A stretch of 64,000 nucleotides of DNA from Takakia lepidozioides (lineage: Eukaryota > Plantae > Bryophyta), in assembly GCA_030704615.1 (NCBI GenBank), contig CM060732.1:60078001-60142000 (forward strand), written 5' to 3'. Below the pieces are notes generated by a model. The model was not told the origin of the DNA and searched no databases. It saw only the letters and a list, made by a program, of their open reading frames with translations. Within the stretch, counting starts at the first letter, position 1. The number at the start of each line of letters is the position of its first letter. This document shows positions 49,061 to 64,000 of this stretch, in pieces. A program made the translations under genes and the position numbers.

Positions 49061-51422
49061 GATTGATCAGCACATTGGATCTCTAAGTTAGTCGTCTTCT
49101 CTGTGGCAGGCTGCAGCAAGCTGTGACAGCAGGGAGGTGAGAGCTAAGAAATGACCCTCCAAAAATGAAAAAAACAATAGTAGTTCAGTTGGCATTGGAC
49201 GCCTGTTGCAGTGCTTCTGTTTCATTTTTTCAATATTGCCACAGGGGCCACATGTAAATTTTATCCAACGCACATGGGGTGACATGGTTTTAGAAAAGTG
49301 GCTATATACCGAGTGGCACTTATTAAGGGGTTCATGCAGGCAAATTCAGGCTCATGGTATTCAACTGTAACTGGCACTGCCTAGAGATTTTTTGGGTTCT
49401 TAGTTCTTACCCCCCACAATTCCGTTGTACAAGTAGCCTTCAGGCTATTTTTCGCCACAAAAAATAACACTGCCAGTTGGTAAGGTTTAAGTTTTTAACA
49501 TTATTTAGGGCTATTAAATCAGTGCTGGTGGCAATCAGTAATTGTGGTTGGTTGGTAAGGGTATGTCAACTACAAACTCTTTCAGCTCATTGATTGTGCT
49601 GTACTGGTAATGTAGCTACTTGCTCCAACCTATGTGGGTGCCATTGTTTTTGTAGGGCTCAAGTTATGGACAGCCTCCATCAATGAATGGGTCAGTTAAG
49701 TAGCCTAGTCAACAGGTACATGCAAAACCCTCGATCAGATTCTACCCCTTGGGTTGTTTGTTGTTTGTTGGTTTGTTTAGACCTTCCAAATGCCCTTAGA
49801 AGAGAAAGAGATAAGGCTGCAAACAGGTGATTGTTGTAGTTTCTCTTCGTTTCTTCACCAACAGTACCTCAATAGCATTCCTTGACACTCCCACCTTGCT
49901 TTTTCTAAAGGATCTTATTCAAGTTGGACAAATTCTGTGAATCCATTATGTACTGGTTGGTGCAAGTTGACAAATGATCCTTCCAAGTTTAATATTCTGT
50001 TTTGTGTTGCTACTCACTTCAAAGTAGTAGGAAGATAGTAGAGTTACATGGGTGGCTGTGCGTGGGGGCCCATCTCATACATCGCCAACGGGTAGCTCGC
50101 CGACTTGTCACGTTATGGTTCAACAAATACCCCAGTATTCTACTCCCCTAGCCTTTGGTTTCCGACCAAGTCAAGACTTCGTGGATGGACAGGGTCTATA
50201 AATGTTGCCCTCATGGATGGACAGACAACATATTTGCTACCCTCATGGATGGCCAACCATTGGCAGGTGACCGGCTCCATTGGGCTGACCTGTCGGGTAT
50301 TGGTCATGCTTACAGCCCGTGTTTGAAAAAAAAATCAAAAACCCATATTTATATATATCTGCCTTTCAAAGTAAGTTTTCAAAAAAAAAAAAAAGATGAA
50401 ACTAAGCGTTTCATCTTACACTGAATTGAGTAATGCAGCCTCTGGCAGGTGTTCATCTCGCAGGAGGACTCTGCTTCAAGCTTTCGACGACTCCTGGGCC
50501 AAGAGTAACATCCTCTGCACCCGAGCTTCGGACACTCGAATCACCTGGATTCTGGTGAATCACCTGATCACCTCCCCAAAGATTGGCAGCCCGATTCCTG
50601 AGCCGGAGGATTCGGATTCCAACTGGCGCCATCGTAAAGGGCGTGCTGGAAGGATTAGAGCCCACTTAGACTTCTGTTCTTGATTGTTCCTTAAGAACTT
50701 GGTCTGGTCTGCCTTCCTCTAAGTTAGCTACAGGGCCCTCTCTCCTTCTTGCTTCAGGACCTTCTTTCTGTACAAGTTCTTAGTTTTCATCCTCAGCACT
50801 CGATCTGATATAGATCTGTGGACTGTCTGTCTCCCTCCTAATGTCTCCTCTGATTAGGCTTTTCTTCCTTGTCTTTATCCTTGACTCTACCCCTTCTTTT
50901 TCAGCCCTGAATTCCGTGTCTCGGCAACGGGTTATTTTTTCCCGCTCCTCTTTTAATATATTACTCCATCCCTGTTATTTAAGTTTTTTCTTAAAAAACA
51001 AAAGTAATGGAGATGAGTGGGCAGGACACATAGGTACAAGTGGAAAGTTTTGGTTCACGTGCTGATCACTATGTAGGTACGTAGGAAGGTGTGATACCTG
51101 CGACAGCGCCGAGCTCTAAAGTCCCACGGATTGGGGAAATGACAGTGCCAGTGAGGACGAGATAAGTACGACGCTGTCAAGTATTTTGAAGTTTCCTGTT
51201 TCCTCAGCGTTATATTTAGCTTTGGTATGAACTTGTCAGATCAAGAACCCTCCCTTGCTTTGTCTGATCAGTTCTCAGATCCGAGGGTACTGGTTTCCAG
51301 TTGTATAGGTTTCAGGTCCCGCTGCTATTTACCTGTGGGTGTCTGTTGGCTTGCAGGAGAGAGCTCTACCCAATTCAGCTCTCAAGTCTTTCATAGACTG
51401 GTTCTGCAGGTTGTTCAGCTAG

Positions 51423-53206
<1,784 letters not shown>

Positions 53207-56200
53207 ATAAGAGGATAACAGATGCTTCACAGCAACTACGAACCAATTCAAGCCTTCTTGCTGGGGTGGTATGAGATGGATAAAACCTTCCTGAAGCAAT
53301 CAATTGTTCGCTCCACCCCTTCCAGTTCTATAATTCTGTTCGGATGTTAGATGCTGGTACCTAGTAGACATCTCGCCAGATAAGTTTAACAAACTCGTGT
53401 AGGCGAAAAACTGAGGATAAAAGAATACCTTAATAAGAGTTGAACTATGCTACTTGTAAATTTGTGCCATCAGTAGAACTGCTGTACATCCTCACACTTA
53501 GTCCTGATTTCATAAGGATGGTGAAAACGTGAAAACCCTGCACTCTGTGCTGTACTCACCTAGAAAAATCATGCCGTGCTCCATAAAGCATCTCCCAATC
53601 CGCAAGTTCGCACCTATATATGAAACCACCTTTTCCATGTGATAATATCTGTCAGACTCCGCCGCAAGTTGCAACCGGCAAGACGAATAACCAAGAATAC
53701 GGTAGGGTGTCACACTACTTCATACCTAGCAATTTTCGACGATTCCTCGCATGTAACAAGCAACAATTAACAACATCCTGACCACAGTACTGTACTTCAG
53801 ACTGCAATGAATGAAAGATTATATTTGAATATAGAGCTTGCCTAGTGTTTGTATCCAATATGCAGTGATAAGGCCACGAATTAAAGGTGCACAGAGTCAC
53901 GTTTTTCTTTCATGGACTGATCGTTGCGAAGAGCTTGAACTTCTTGAATATTTGAAATCAGTGGTTTTTTTTTTAAGAAAAAAGTGTTCGAAGGCAGAAT
54001 CTACAATCTACAAGGAAAATCTTTCGAAAATTCCTTTGAGTATGTCTAAGGATTAATATAGGGGTAACAACAACATGAAGGCTACTACCAGCGATCAATC
54101 AACATGCTACTGGTCAACACTTCCCCCCCCTCTCTTTGGAGGGACCTAGGGACAAGTATCCATAGGGGCAACCCCAGAGTTTGACAGGCACATCAAGGCG
54201 GCTGCCAGGCTCAGGTTTCGTTAGACAACAGCATATCCTCCAATGGACCCAAGCAGTGTAGCCAATCTTGTTCAGCTGGATCTTCGCATAGTGATGCTTA
54301 CCTTCAAACGCAGTTACAAATCCTAGTCTGCAGTCCGTAGAGCTCTTGCTCGTCCACCCCGACCCCCTAAGCATCCACACCTTAGGGCTCGCTAAAACAC
54401 TTCTCCTCTCGTTCAGCAATCCAACACTGAGAGGAAGGTTTTCATCCAGGATTGGATGGATAGCAAAATCTGGCTAGCACTATTTCACAGATCCACTGTA
54501 GAGATGTTTAGCATCCATCTAGGTTGATGCTAGTTGTTCTCACATTGATTCACTCCGTATAGGAGGACAGTTCCACCTTTGAATGATGAGATGCAACCTG
54601 CAAAGTGAGCACTATGGAGCTTCTGTCATAACAAACAACAAAGTAGCAGCCTATGTCGGTTCGGCAGACTATGAACTATGGGGGGATCAATGAACGGGAC
54701 AATGCAAGATGGAACCGAGGGAAGATTTGCAGTAGCAATAGAAACTTGTAAAATTCAGTAGACCACGGATACTAGAGAAAATCCTTCCACAACTAGGTTA
54801 ACAAGAATGTGATGCAACGCACCTGGGAGATCTTGCACAGACCGACTTCTGTCGATACAGATAGTGATGAGATCCAGGTGTCAAAGGGCCGGGGTGCTGG
54901 TTTCACGTGATACGGACCATAAATGCTTGAAGGCCACAGTCATTGATGAGACTCGAGAGTGCATCCTTATGAAGTTTGAGCGATCCTCGTGAGATCATAA
55001 ACTCATGTTTTGCGCAGGGCCCAGGCCATAGCAAGCGTGGGAAACGTGAATGCCAGTCTGGTGAACAAGTACAGCAATAACCAAAGCAGCTTCTGCTGCC
55101 TGCAGCAACTTCGGTGCAAAATTCGGGAACAGCAAGAGAAGAACATCTGATATACCGGTACAATGCTATTTTGAGTGGAGTCGGCAGGGAGGAGGAGGAG
55201 GCCCGGTTATCGGTGAACCCGAAACCAGTCGGGTCGGGTTTGACCTACCAGCGTGTGCATTCCATTGGTCAGAATCGACCAAACCCTCAATATGTATGAG
55301 ACCAACACCTAGCGTCCTGGAATACGTCTACAGTCTACACCTACACACGCAGGGCAACAGAAGAAGAGCAAGAGGGAAGGATGTGATTGCCGTCGCGACG
55401 GATGCAACACAGAAACGAAGAAAGGGCTTGGGCGACAATTTTAGAATGGAAGTGCCACAGCGGATCGGCAAACGCATGCAGGCTCTGAGGTGCCGGCGAT
55501 ATGTTCTGTAATCACACTGGAGGTGTGTTTGGTGAGAAGATATGGCAGGAGATCTTCATTGGTGGGTTCTTGGTGGAGATCCAGCGATCATGGCACGGTA
55601 TGTATTCAAAAGGTACCCATCATGACGTGAGGAGAATTGGGTGGCGTTATGGTTGTAGTTGGTTGCTGTAGATATGTGATAAGCGGTGATTAACAGAGAG
55701 GAAAGACGAACAACTTGAAAGGAGCTTTATATGTGAGAGAGAACGAAGGGGGAGTGATGTAATTTGTAAGGGTTTCAAACTTAGGGTAGTCCAGTCATGA
55801 AAATTGCCCTTATAGGATGGGTGGGTACAGCAACGCTGTCTGCTCTAGTTGCGTAGGTGACCCTTTTGGTGCACTTTATATGTAACTAGGACCTGAGCAA
55901 ATCGACAGAACTGCAGATATGAATGAAATTGTTTCTACTGGATCTACAGCGCATTCAGCTAGCAAGTTTTTCCAGTTGCCCTACAGCAAATAGGACAGAA
56001 CTTCAGCTGCATTGTACTACGTTGCAGCTTCACCAAAACAGAATCATGTCACTACATAAATTTCAAGACTAACATTTCTCACACCACAAGATATGGCGAG
56101 GTTAATGTGCAACGTATCAAAGTAGCCATACGCAATGTTACTGAACAACACAAAATTCATAGAATTCACTCATACCTTGAGTATGAAATCAAATACATGC

Positions 56201-57556
56201 ATTGAATTTACAACACTGTTCAAGAAGTTGTCAGAGCTAATTCTTGAGATACATGATACCTAGGGTACCATCCCAGGGTACAAGATGGTGGCCTGAGTGT
56301 GCATTGCTTTTGCTGTTAGATAGGTACTCATCTTGCTCTTTGCTTCTCTTGGGCAGAAGGATGGAAGGGTGCACTACCACCCTCCTGCACTTGCAAGGAG
56401 AGTCCATTCCCAAGGACCTGTCTTCTCTCTGTGGTGGAGAGATGGGTGGCCTCACAGCATGCAGCATATTCATGGGCCTGGTGACCATGGAGCTGAAATG
56501 GGTGGGAATGCCGGCCCCAGACCCTTGAAAGATTCGGCTATGTCGCTTCCCCAGCCTACCGAGAAACTAAAGGAAGGTGCAGAGTCTTTGCAAATTTTTG
56601 TCACCTCGCTAACTATGTGGTCTAACACTCCCAGGCTACAGAGTGGGATAGATCCATACCACCGAAACTAGGTTGGAGTAGTGCACAATATGGCCAGACG
56701 AGGCCAAAGAACATGAGTGCAGCATGCACCGATGACCACTGGCCAGCCCGGTCCTGCAGTATCTCGTGAAATATATCTGAAACCATAGCCCTTTTGTGAA
56801 TACCCACCATGATCCTGGTGGAATGTCAGATTATTGTGGAAGAACAAAATCAGGTCAGACACATGCTGTGGATGAACGTGAGGATTATTCATAACCAGCC
56901 TGGCTTCAAGGATGGTCTTGACCACTAAAATTGCCTTCAGTATGTTCTGCAACATCTGTAATTTGTGGTATGTTTCTCCAGTTGTTGTATGCGTGAATGA
57001 TGAAGGTGATGAACAGACAGTAAATTGGAAACTTGTTATCAACAGTGCAGTAAGACTCCCAATAGAGACTCAGTCAATTTAAAGGTTAGAAGGTTTTCAT
57101 TTCCTTGCATGTCTGGCATGCAGCTCAAGCAATGAGCCTGGAAGGGCTCTGGCAGGAGTTCTTCTCAGATCATAGGAGAACAGGTTTGAAAAGGTGAGGC
57201 TACGGTTCCGTAAAATGCTTTATATCCATAAAAAGTAGCAAAAACTGAAGTTTATTGTTGCTAGGAGTTGGGTGGTTTTTTTGGGAGATGTTCAGAGTTT
57301 TGTAGCGTGGTCTTTTTGTGCAGCCTTTGGCCACTCAATTGGCCAGGCTTGACCTCTGCACATAAGTCCAAGCACCAGACTTCAGACAAAATCTCTCAAT
57401 GGAAGCCTTTTGGATTGGGAGCGGATCAAACCCTCCCTCGGTGAAAGCACAGCTAACATCCATGGTCCAAAGTCGAGCCCGGCAAAGATCACACTGGCAG
57501 GGTTCCAGTTCAAGTAGAGTTCATTTTTTATAGTAGGTGAATTTTAATGGAAATGT

Positions 57557-59839
57557 TTGGAACTAAGAGTGTGGTTGAATCAGGCGCAGCCTCTGATTGG
57601 GCATCGAACTGGCTGCAGGCGCAGCGCCTCCATCATCACCACCGCTTTTGGAAGAGAATTAAGAGACACACTGAACCAGAACTCTACTGGTGCCTTTGGG
57701 GATGTCTGGACACCAGGACAAGTCAATGAGATGCTGCATATTTTGAAGCAAGGAGGCATTCTGGTAGACTCAAATGCGTATGTCTGTGTCTTGCGGGACT
57801 GCATCAACAGGAAATGCCTAGCAGAGGGAAAGCAAGTGCACACCCACATTATCCAAAGTGGATTCAAGCCAAACATCTACCTACTCAACACCCTTGTCAA
57901 CATGTATGCTAAGTGTGGTAGCATGGTGGATGCACACAAACTGTTTGACAAAATGCCTGAACGAGATGTTGTGACATGGACTATAATGATCGGGGGATAT
58001 GCCAAGCATGGGTGCAGCAGGGAGGCTCTCAAGATGTACAGGCAAATGCAACGGTATGGGATAAAGCCCAACAGAGTCACATACATTTGTGGTCTCAATG
58101 CGTGTGCCAGCCTAGGAGCTCTAGAACAGGGCAAAGAGGTCCATGCTGACATCATCAAAAGTGAAATAGTGCCAGATATCATTCTGGAAAATACCCTTGT
58201 TGACATGTATGCCAAATGCAGGAGCATGAAGGATGCACATCAAGTGTTGGGCAATATGACAAAACGAAGTATAGTCTCATGGAACGTGATGATTGCAGGA
58301 TATGCTCAGCATGGTTGTGGTAGAGAGGCTTTTGAGATCTATGAGCAAATGCAACGGGAAGGACTGAAACCCAACAGGGTCACCTTCGTTTGCATTCTCA
58401 ATGCATGTGCTAGCATGGGAGTACTGGAAAAGGGCAGGGAGGTTCATGCTGTCATCATGAATGCTGGAATTCTGTCAGATCCTGGTCGAGAGAGTGCACG
58501 TGTTGACATGCATGCTAACACTTTGGAGAACACCCTTGTTAACATGTATGCCAAATGCGGGAGTGTGAAGGATGCACGTCAAGTTTTTGACAAGATGGCC
58601 AAACGAGATGTGGTCTCATGGAGTGCGATGATTGCAGGATATGCTCAGCATGGATGTGGCTGGAAAGCTTTCAAGCTATATGAGCAAATGCACCATGAAG
58701 GAGTGTCTCCCAACAGTGCCACATTTGTTTCTATTCTGAACGCGTGTGCCAGCCTGGGAGCTCTTGAAAAGGGCAGAGAGATTCATGCTGACATCAACAA
58801 CGCCGGAATCGCACCAGATGTCATTCTGGGTACGGCCCTTGCGGACATGTATGCCAAATGTGGGAGCATGAAGGATGCACATCAAGTTTTTGACAATATG
58901 GCGAAAAGAAATGTGGTCTCCTGGAGTGTAATGATCGCAGGATGTGCCCAGAATGGATGTGGTACGGAGGCCGTGCAACTATTTGAACAAATGCAACAGG
59001 AAGGCATGAAACCGAATAGTGTCACATTTCTCTCTCTTCTCTCTGCGTGTAGCCATGTCGGCCTAGTGAATGAAGGACTCCGCTACTTCAAGTCCATGAG
59101 TCGAGACCATGGCCTCACTCCTACGGTGGAGCATTATGGCTGCATGGTTGACCTTCTTGGTCGTGCAGGTCGATTGGATGAGGCAGAGGACTTGATCAAC
59201 AAAATGGCAGTCAAGCCAGATATTGGGGTGTGGAGGGCCTTGCTTGGCGCCTGTCAAATCTATGGTGCTGTCGAGATAGCAGAACGTGCAGCAAAAGGCA
59301 TCCTCGAGGGGGAGGGGGATCCACAGCATGTCGGAGCTTATGTGCTCCTGTCACATATCTATACTGCAGCGGGTAGGTGGGAGGAAAAAGCAATAGTCAG
59401 AAAATTTATGGAGGACAGTGGCATTAGAAAGGAGGCAGGGTGGAGCTGCATCGAGGTCGTCAGCCAGGTGCATTCATTCGTAGTACAAGATGAGTTGCAT
59501 CCACAAATGGTGGGAATCCAGGCTGAGCTGAAGAGACTGTCTGGGCAGATGAAGAAGGCTGGGTATGCGCCTGACAAACACTTTGTATTGCATGATGTGG
59601 AGGAGCAAAAGGAATTTTCTCTTTGCCATCACAGTGTGAAACTGGCCATTGCTTTTGGTCTCATTAGCACCCCCCCCGGAACACCTATCCGTGTCATCAA
59701 TAACCTTCGTGTGTGTGGTGATTGCCACACTGCCAGTAAGTTCATTTCGAAGATTGTTGGGCGAGCAGTTGCTGTACGGGATCCCAAATGCTTTCATCAC
59801 TTCCAAGATGGGGCTTGTTCTTGCGGGGATTACTGGTGA
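57557..59839 (+). CDS. PLS-class PPR-E-DYW protein (start codon uncertain; first in-frame ATG 57731)
   Basis: Regular L-S-P triplets, P2-L2-S2, E1/E2, PG-box-like [16 protein letters not shown]...CGDCH...CSCGDYW; single open frame. Confidence 0.93.
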   Translation: MELRVWLNQAQPLIGHRTGCRRSASIITTAFGRELRDTLNQNSTGAFGDVWTPGQVNEMLHILKQGGILVDSNAYVCVLRDCINRKCLAEGKQVHTHIIQSGFKPNIYLLNTLVNMYAKCGSMVDAHKLFDKMPERDVVTWTIMIGGYAKHGCSREALKMYRQMQRYGIKPNRVTYICGLNACASLGALEQGKEVHADIIKSEIVPDIILENTLVDMYAKCRSMKDAHQVLGNMTKRSIVSWNVMIAGYAQHGCGREAFEIYEQMQREGLKPNRVTFVCILNACASMGVLEKGREVHAVIMNAGILSDPGRESARVDMHANTLENTLVNMYAKCGSVKDARQVFDKMAKRDVVSWSAMIAGYAQHGCGWKAFKLYEQMHHEGVSPNSATFVSILNACASLGALEKGREIHADINNAGIAPDVILGTALADMYAKCGSMKDAHQVFDNMAKRNVVSWSVMIAGCAQNGCGTEAVQLFEQMQQEGMKPNSVTFLSLLSACSHVGLVNEGLRYFKSMSRDHGLTPTVEHYGCMVDLLGRAGRLDEAEDLINKMAVKPDIGVWRALLGACQIYGAVEIAERAAKGILEGEGDPQHVGAYVLLSHIYTAAGRWEEKAIVRKFMEDSGIRKEAGWSCIEVVSQVHSFVVQDELHPQMVGIQAELKRLSGQMKKAGYAPDKHFVLHDVEEQKEFSLCHHSVKLAIAFGLISTPPGTPIRVINNLRVCGDCHTASKFISKIVGRAVAVRDPKCFHHFQDGACSCGDYW

Positions 59840-61011
59840 CATAGTGAAAGATTGTGCACTTCAAGTGTGTGGGTCGAAAGGTGACGATTGTCAGCGTATG
59901 TCAAAGTGCTGTTTTTTCAGCCATCATGGTAGGGAGATAATTATAGGATGGACATGCAGCTCTGGAGTGGGCTCGCATTTAGACATACTCCGGAGAGTGT
60001 TGGTATCTCTACATCCCAGCCATCGGAGCTTCTTGTCTATATGCAAGTGCTGGCATTCACTGCTGTCTACTCATGCTTTGACCTCTATTCTCTTCACAAG
60101 GAGTTTGGTTTGCTGGTCCTGACGTTATTTCTCATACTTTGCCATCCCATATGGTGGAACTTCAATGCCGCCAGAGAATTTCAAAACATACAAGTTTGTT
60201 CTCCACCAAGTTTTTGGTTGCCTGATTGGCATAAATTCATCAGATGGTAAAGGATGTGAAAGTGTTACAGTAGTGTGTGCACCCCCTCTTGAAGACCTGG
60301 AGACAGCTGCCGCCTGTCTTGCTCAACTAGGACCTTCTGATTGGTGTAAAGGTTGAAGTGAGTTCAATATCTCCAGAAATTAGTTGAAGAAGCATTGAGT
60401 GCTTTCATCACCTCAAATAATAATATTGTAAAAGCAGTACAAGCCGCCCCAAAGACTTTCTTCCTCCAACGATAGTAGCATAAGGCATAAGAAGTTGACC
60501 AGATAGGTGGTTTCATAGTAGCCTTAATTCCAACCTGGCAAGAGAAATCAGGTCGGTCCATCTCGCTCCTCCATCCATGCTGTGCATTCCCTATCGCTCT
60601 CACTCCCAAAAGGGGTAGAGTAGTTATAAGTGAAGTGACTCTTAGTTAAGCCGACTATACAGAGGAGTCTTAGCATCCCCATGTATACAAAGGAGTCGAG
60701 GAGTCTTAGCATCCCAATGCAACACACGGGAGAGAAACCATGGAATCACTGACGTGCATGTATTGCTGTGGCCAGAACATTACAGCGCACAACATACAGC
60801 AAACTTAGGAACTAAGATATACCCTCAGTTGGCAGGTATGTTTGTGTGTTGGCAGAACTGTGTCTTCTTGGTTTTCCATCTACATGGTGGGGCCGGCGGT
60901 TGGTCCAACGGAAGCCTAAGCATAGAAAATTGGAGGCGGGAGCACAAAAACACGATAGTAGGGTCCCAATGTTTTCATTGGGATCATGTAAGACAGATAT
61001 GAGGTTCAAAC

Positions 61012-61718
61012 CACTGTTGGGCGGTTATGAACTTTGGCCGGTTATAACCGCCAGTTATTAGACCGGTTATACATATATATATCCGGAGGAGGTGCAAAAA
61101 TAAAAAAACCGGATATAAACAGATCCGGCGGAGGTAGGGGTTGAGATAACCGGCGGGCTTCGATAACCGGCGAGCAAGTTTGGTTTTTTATTTATTGGTA
61201 TCCGGCCATGGCCTTAAAAAAGGAACCGGTTATCAATAAATAGTGTCAGCATATTGTTAAGATTAATGTGACACCAATCTGGTAACTAAGATGTCCATTA
61301 TTGATCATCTGGATGATCCAGTTTCAAGGGCTAACCATCTTGCATCGCCGGTCAATCCCTGCTTGGCATTTATTTAATTTTTTTTTAAATATTATCATTT
61401 GAATATATGTAAATTTCATTTTATAAAAATTTCATTTACATGACAATATAACCGTTTTAAGGACCGCCGGTTATCTACCGGTTATGAAGTATATTGAACT
61501 TCCAGAACCGGTTCAAAAAACTGGCTGTGCAAAGGTCTTTTATAACGGGAATTGAACTTAACTGGTTTTTTTGAAAACATCAAAGAACTGGCCTCCGGAA
61601 GGTTATTTAATTTTTTCTTTTGTCGATTTAACCGCCTCCGGAGGTTCTAAAGAAGGGGCAATTGGCAAAGAACCTGCACCGGAGGAGCTCACGAAAACCT
61701 GATAACCGCCCAACACTG
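61012..61718. mobile_element. hAT-family MITE
   Basis: 17-bp TIR cactgttgggcggttat / ataaccgcccaacactg (1 mismatch); 8-bp TSD GTTCAAAC (61004-61011, 61719-61726); many aaccgg subterminal motifs. Confidence 0.92.
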
Positions 61719-61726
61719 GTTCAAAC

Positions 61727-62030
61727 CAATGTTGGGCGGTTATTGAAATTTATCTCTAATACCAGCTATTACCTATCCGGTTATATATATATATATGACT
61801 GGCAGAGGTGAAAAAATGAAGTAACCGGTCCTAACCGGCGGTTGGGCGTTCAAATAACCGAGTAATGAACCTTTTAAAGAATTGCTCAAGACTTGTGGTT
61901 ATTTAATGAAAACCGACAGTTATTTGAGGTTTTTGCAAATAATCGGAACCACAGGTTATATCTAGCCGTATAGGATTTGATAACCGCAACTGCAGGTTAT
62001 TAGTTTCCAAAATTTTTGAAGCAACTAAAT
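61727..62030. mobile_element. Second, truncated MITE of the same family
   Basis: Starts caatgttgggcggttat immediately after the TSD; same ataaccg/cggttat motifs; no right TIR seen. Confidence 0.7.
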
Positions 62031-63131
62031 CTCAAGAGGGTGTTTTTTTTTTGTGTTTTTTTTAAATTTTATAGAGAACAGGGGTAGCAGCCCTGATTAA
62101 TTTTATTCCTGGGTGCTTTAACACCATAGAGAGTAGGCCCGATTTTCCTAACACTTAACATATAACACTCTTTCACTCTTTTCTAATGTAATTTTTTCTT
62201 TTGTCTTTTTTTCTTTTCTTTTTTGTAAAGGAAACCTGGGAACGACAGCCCACAATTCAGGCCCTTGAGTGCCGCTTGTAGATAGGTCATGGACACCAGC
62301 CATTCATGCAACGGAGACTGAACAAGTTATTGGGAGACTCTCTCACATTCTGGGAGGACCCCAGCTGCTTGCATGCTGTCTGTGCGTTGAACAGGGTATC
62401 ACGTGTACGTGTACGTTGCTATGACTTGGCTGCTCTTGGACGCTTTCCGACAGATCCTACCCGGGCCCCGCATCATGGGCCCCACTGTGAATGTGATCGT
62501 GGCGTTCTCTTTAAACATGGCAGTAAAGATGTCAAGTACTCGTGAAAGTTGGAGTGCCGCCAAGCTCCAAGCTTTACACCCAGGAAGGATAGAGGAAAGA
62601 GTCAGCGAACAAAAGCACTAGTTAGCTAGATAAAGTACTGTTTTGACAATCTGTGTCTTCGGATTTTGGTCACTTTTAGGGGATAAGGCCGGAAAACTGC
62701 TGCAAGGTGACGCACAGACGATCATCGGGAGGCTCGGCGTTGTGAGTAAGTACATGTGAAATCAGCAAGTGCTGGCCAGAGTCACGTTTTCAAGTGGACC
62801 GAAGGGAGCTGGACTGGTTTACATCCCAACTTCGACCGCATTCCGTGGATCATTCCTTTCTAGGTGCTAGGGAAAGAAGATCAGTAGGTGTGTGAGAGAT
62901 AGGATGTGAGCTGAATTACTTCGGAAATCATGTAGCTTTTAGATCAGTTGATCAGTTGACAAGACTTCTCTTGAGATATTACTGCTGAAGTCTGTCTGCC
63001 TGCAAAGAGTTACTAGTACCCAAATCAGTACTTTCAGTCCTGTATGGTGTTGGGTCATGAGGGAGATAAAAGGCAGGAGTACTCCGCAAGGACGAACAGT
63101 TGGAAACTTACCAAGTCGAGGAGCTTCCAAA

Positions 63132-63919
63132 ATGGGTGGCTTCTCAGGCTCAGCAGTGCTTTTGGCACTCGGAGGGGTGCTCCTGCTCAGTGGGCAAGCA
63201 CACGGTGAACTTACTCCAGACTACTACGCCTCCACCTGCCCGCAGGTTCAGGCCATCGTCCAGTGCGAAATTTTGACGGCACTAAAGTCGGATGCGCGCA
63301 TAGCTGCATCACTGCTTCGCCTCCACTTTCATGATTGCTTTGTCCTCGTATGTTCCTCACATGGGAAAAAGGAATGGGCGTTTCTTTGTAGCATAACCTC
63401 TACAGAAATCACCAGGACTACAGTATATAGTGGTCACGATTGATTGTACTTCATGCATGTCTCTCTCTCTTAGTCGAATCGGAGGCGAGAACAATGGTGA
63501 GTGATGGATTACTTGCTGACCGGACTGCTCAAGGTTGGCTGTGCGCGACGAGCCTCTATCAATGCTATTAGCTAATCAACATTGACTACCATCTGAGACG
63601 TTGTCCATTGCGTTTCCATCCGAACTGAGTCCGAATTTCACATATATCTATAAATAAACATTTAGTTTCGAATGTTAATTGCGTTATGTTCAGTGATACT
63701 GATGAGGACTTGATGTGGATCCCACAGGGGTGTGACGCTTCTGTGTTACTAGATAGCACATCAGAATTCGCAACTGAAAAAACTTCAAAGGCCAACAATG
63801 GTTCACTGCGAGGGTTCGATGTGGTGGACACGATCAAGGCGGCAGTGGAGGAGTCGTGCCCCAACACAGTTTCTTGTGCTGACCTTTTGGCTATCATCTC
63901 CCTGCAAGCAGCCATCGTG
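63132..63919 (+). CDS. Class III peroxidase paralog (exons 1-2; continues beyond window)
   Basis: [13 protein letters not shown] signal peptide, [16 protein letters not shown] (exon ends 63347); exon 63728-63919 GCDAS...VSCAD (192 bp). Confidence 0.95.
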
Positions 63920-64000
63920 GTAAGCTCAGTGCCATTGTGGTAGTACAATATGCTAGCTAATTCTTAAAGGTCACATAGTACATATATTTCATAACTAAGA

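Noticed and set aside
50390-51000. Purine-rich minus-strand ORF fragments (possible retroelement ORF1)
   Set aside because: No motif support.
54100-57100. Short minus-strand ORFs between the peroxidase and the PPR gene
   Set aside because: No recognisable domain or consistent exon chain.

Overview
Nuclear DNA of a land plant, probably a bryophyte (moss-like PLS-PPR-DYW genes, Tcn1-type chromovirus, plant tRNA-iMet); the species cannot be determined. Host genes: the 3' part of the SWR1 chromatin remodeller PIE1 (1-8901), a tRNA-iMet, an intronless ET/NET-domain ORF, two class III peroxidases, one open-frame PPR-DYW gene whose catalytic Glu is replaced by Val, and decayed PPR copies. The dominant feature is a ~24.8 kb insertion (15141-39944; ~18.4 kb without a nested Ty3/gypsy) that splits a PPR pseudogene. 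It has asymmetric 26-bp inverted repeats and a + strand Sola-like DDE transposase. Its - strand carries a decayed multi-exon cargo with Pol II CTD-like SPxY repeats, a ParB-like domain, a degenerate methyltransferase-like fold and three FCP1/NIF phosphatase-like domains. About 16 copies of a 24-bp palindrome (AACCTCCACTG-NN-CAGTGGAGGTT) are spread at roughly 1-kb intervals from end to end. This ParB/parS-like plus CTD-mimic arrangement in a eukaryotic transposon is the best candidate for an undescribed system. All domain calls were made by eye from motifs and need HMM or structure confirmation. Also present: a full-length but decayed self-priming chromovirus with an extra ORF, a decayed hAT and related MITEs.
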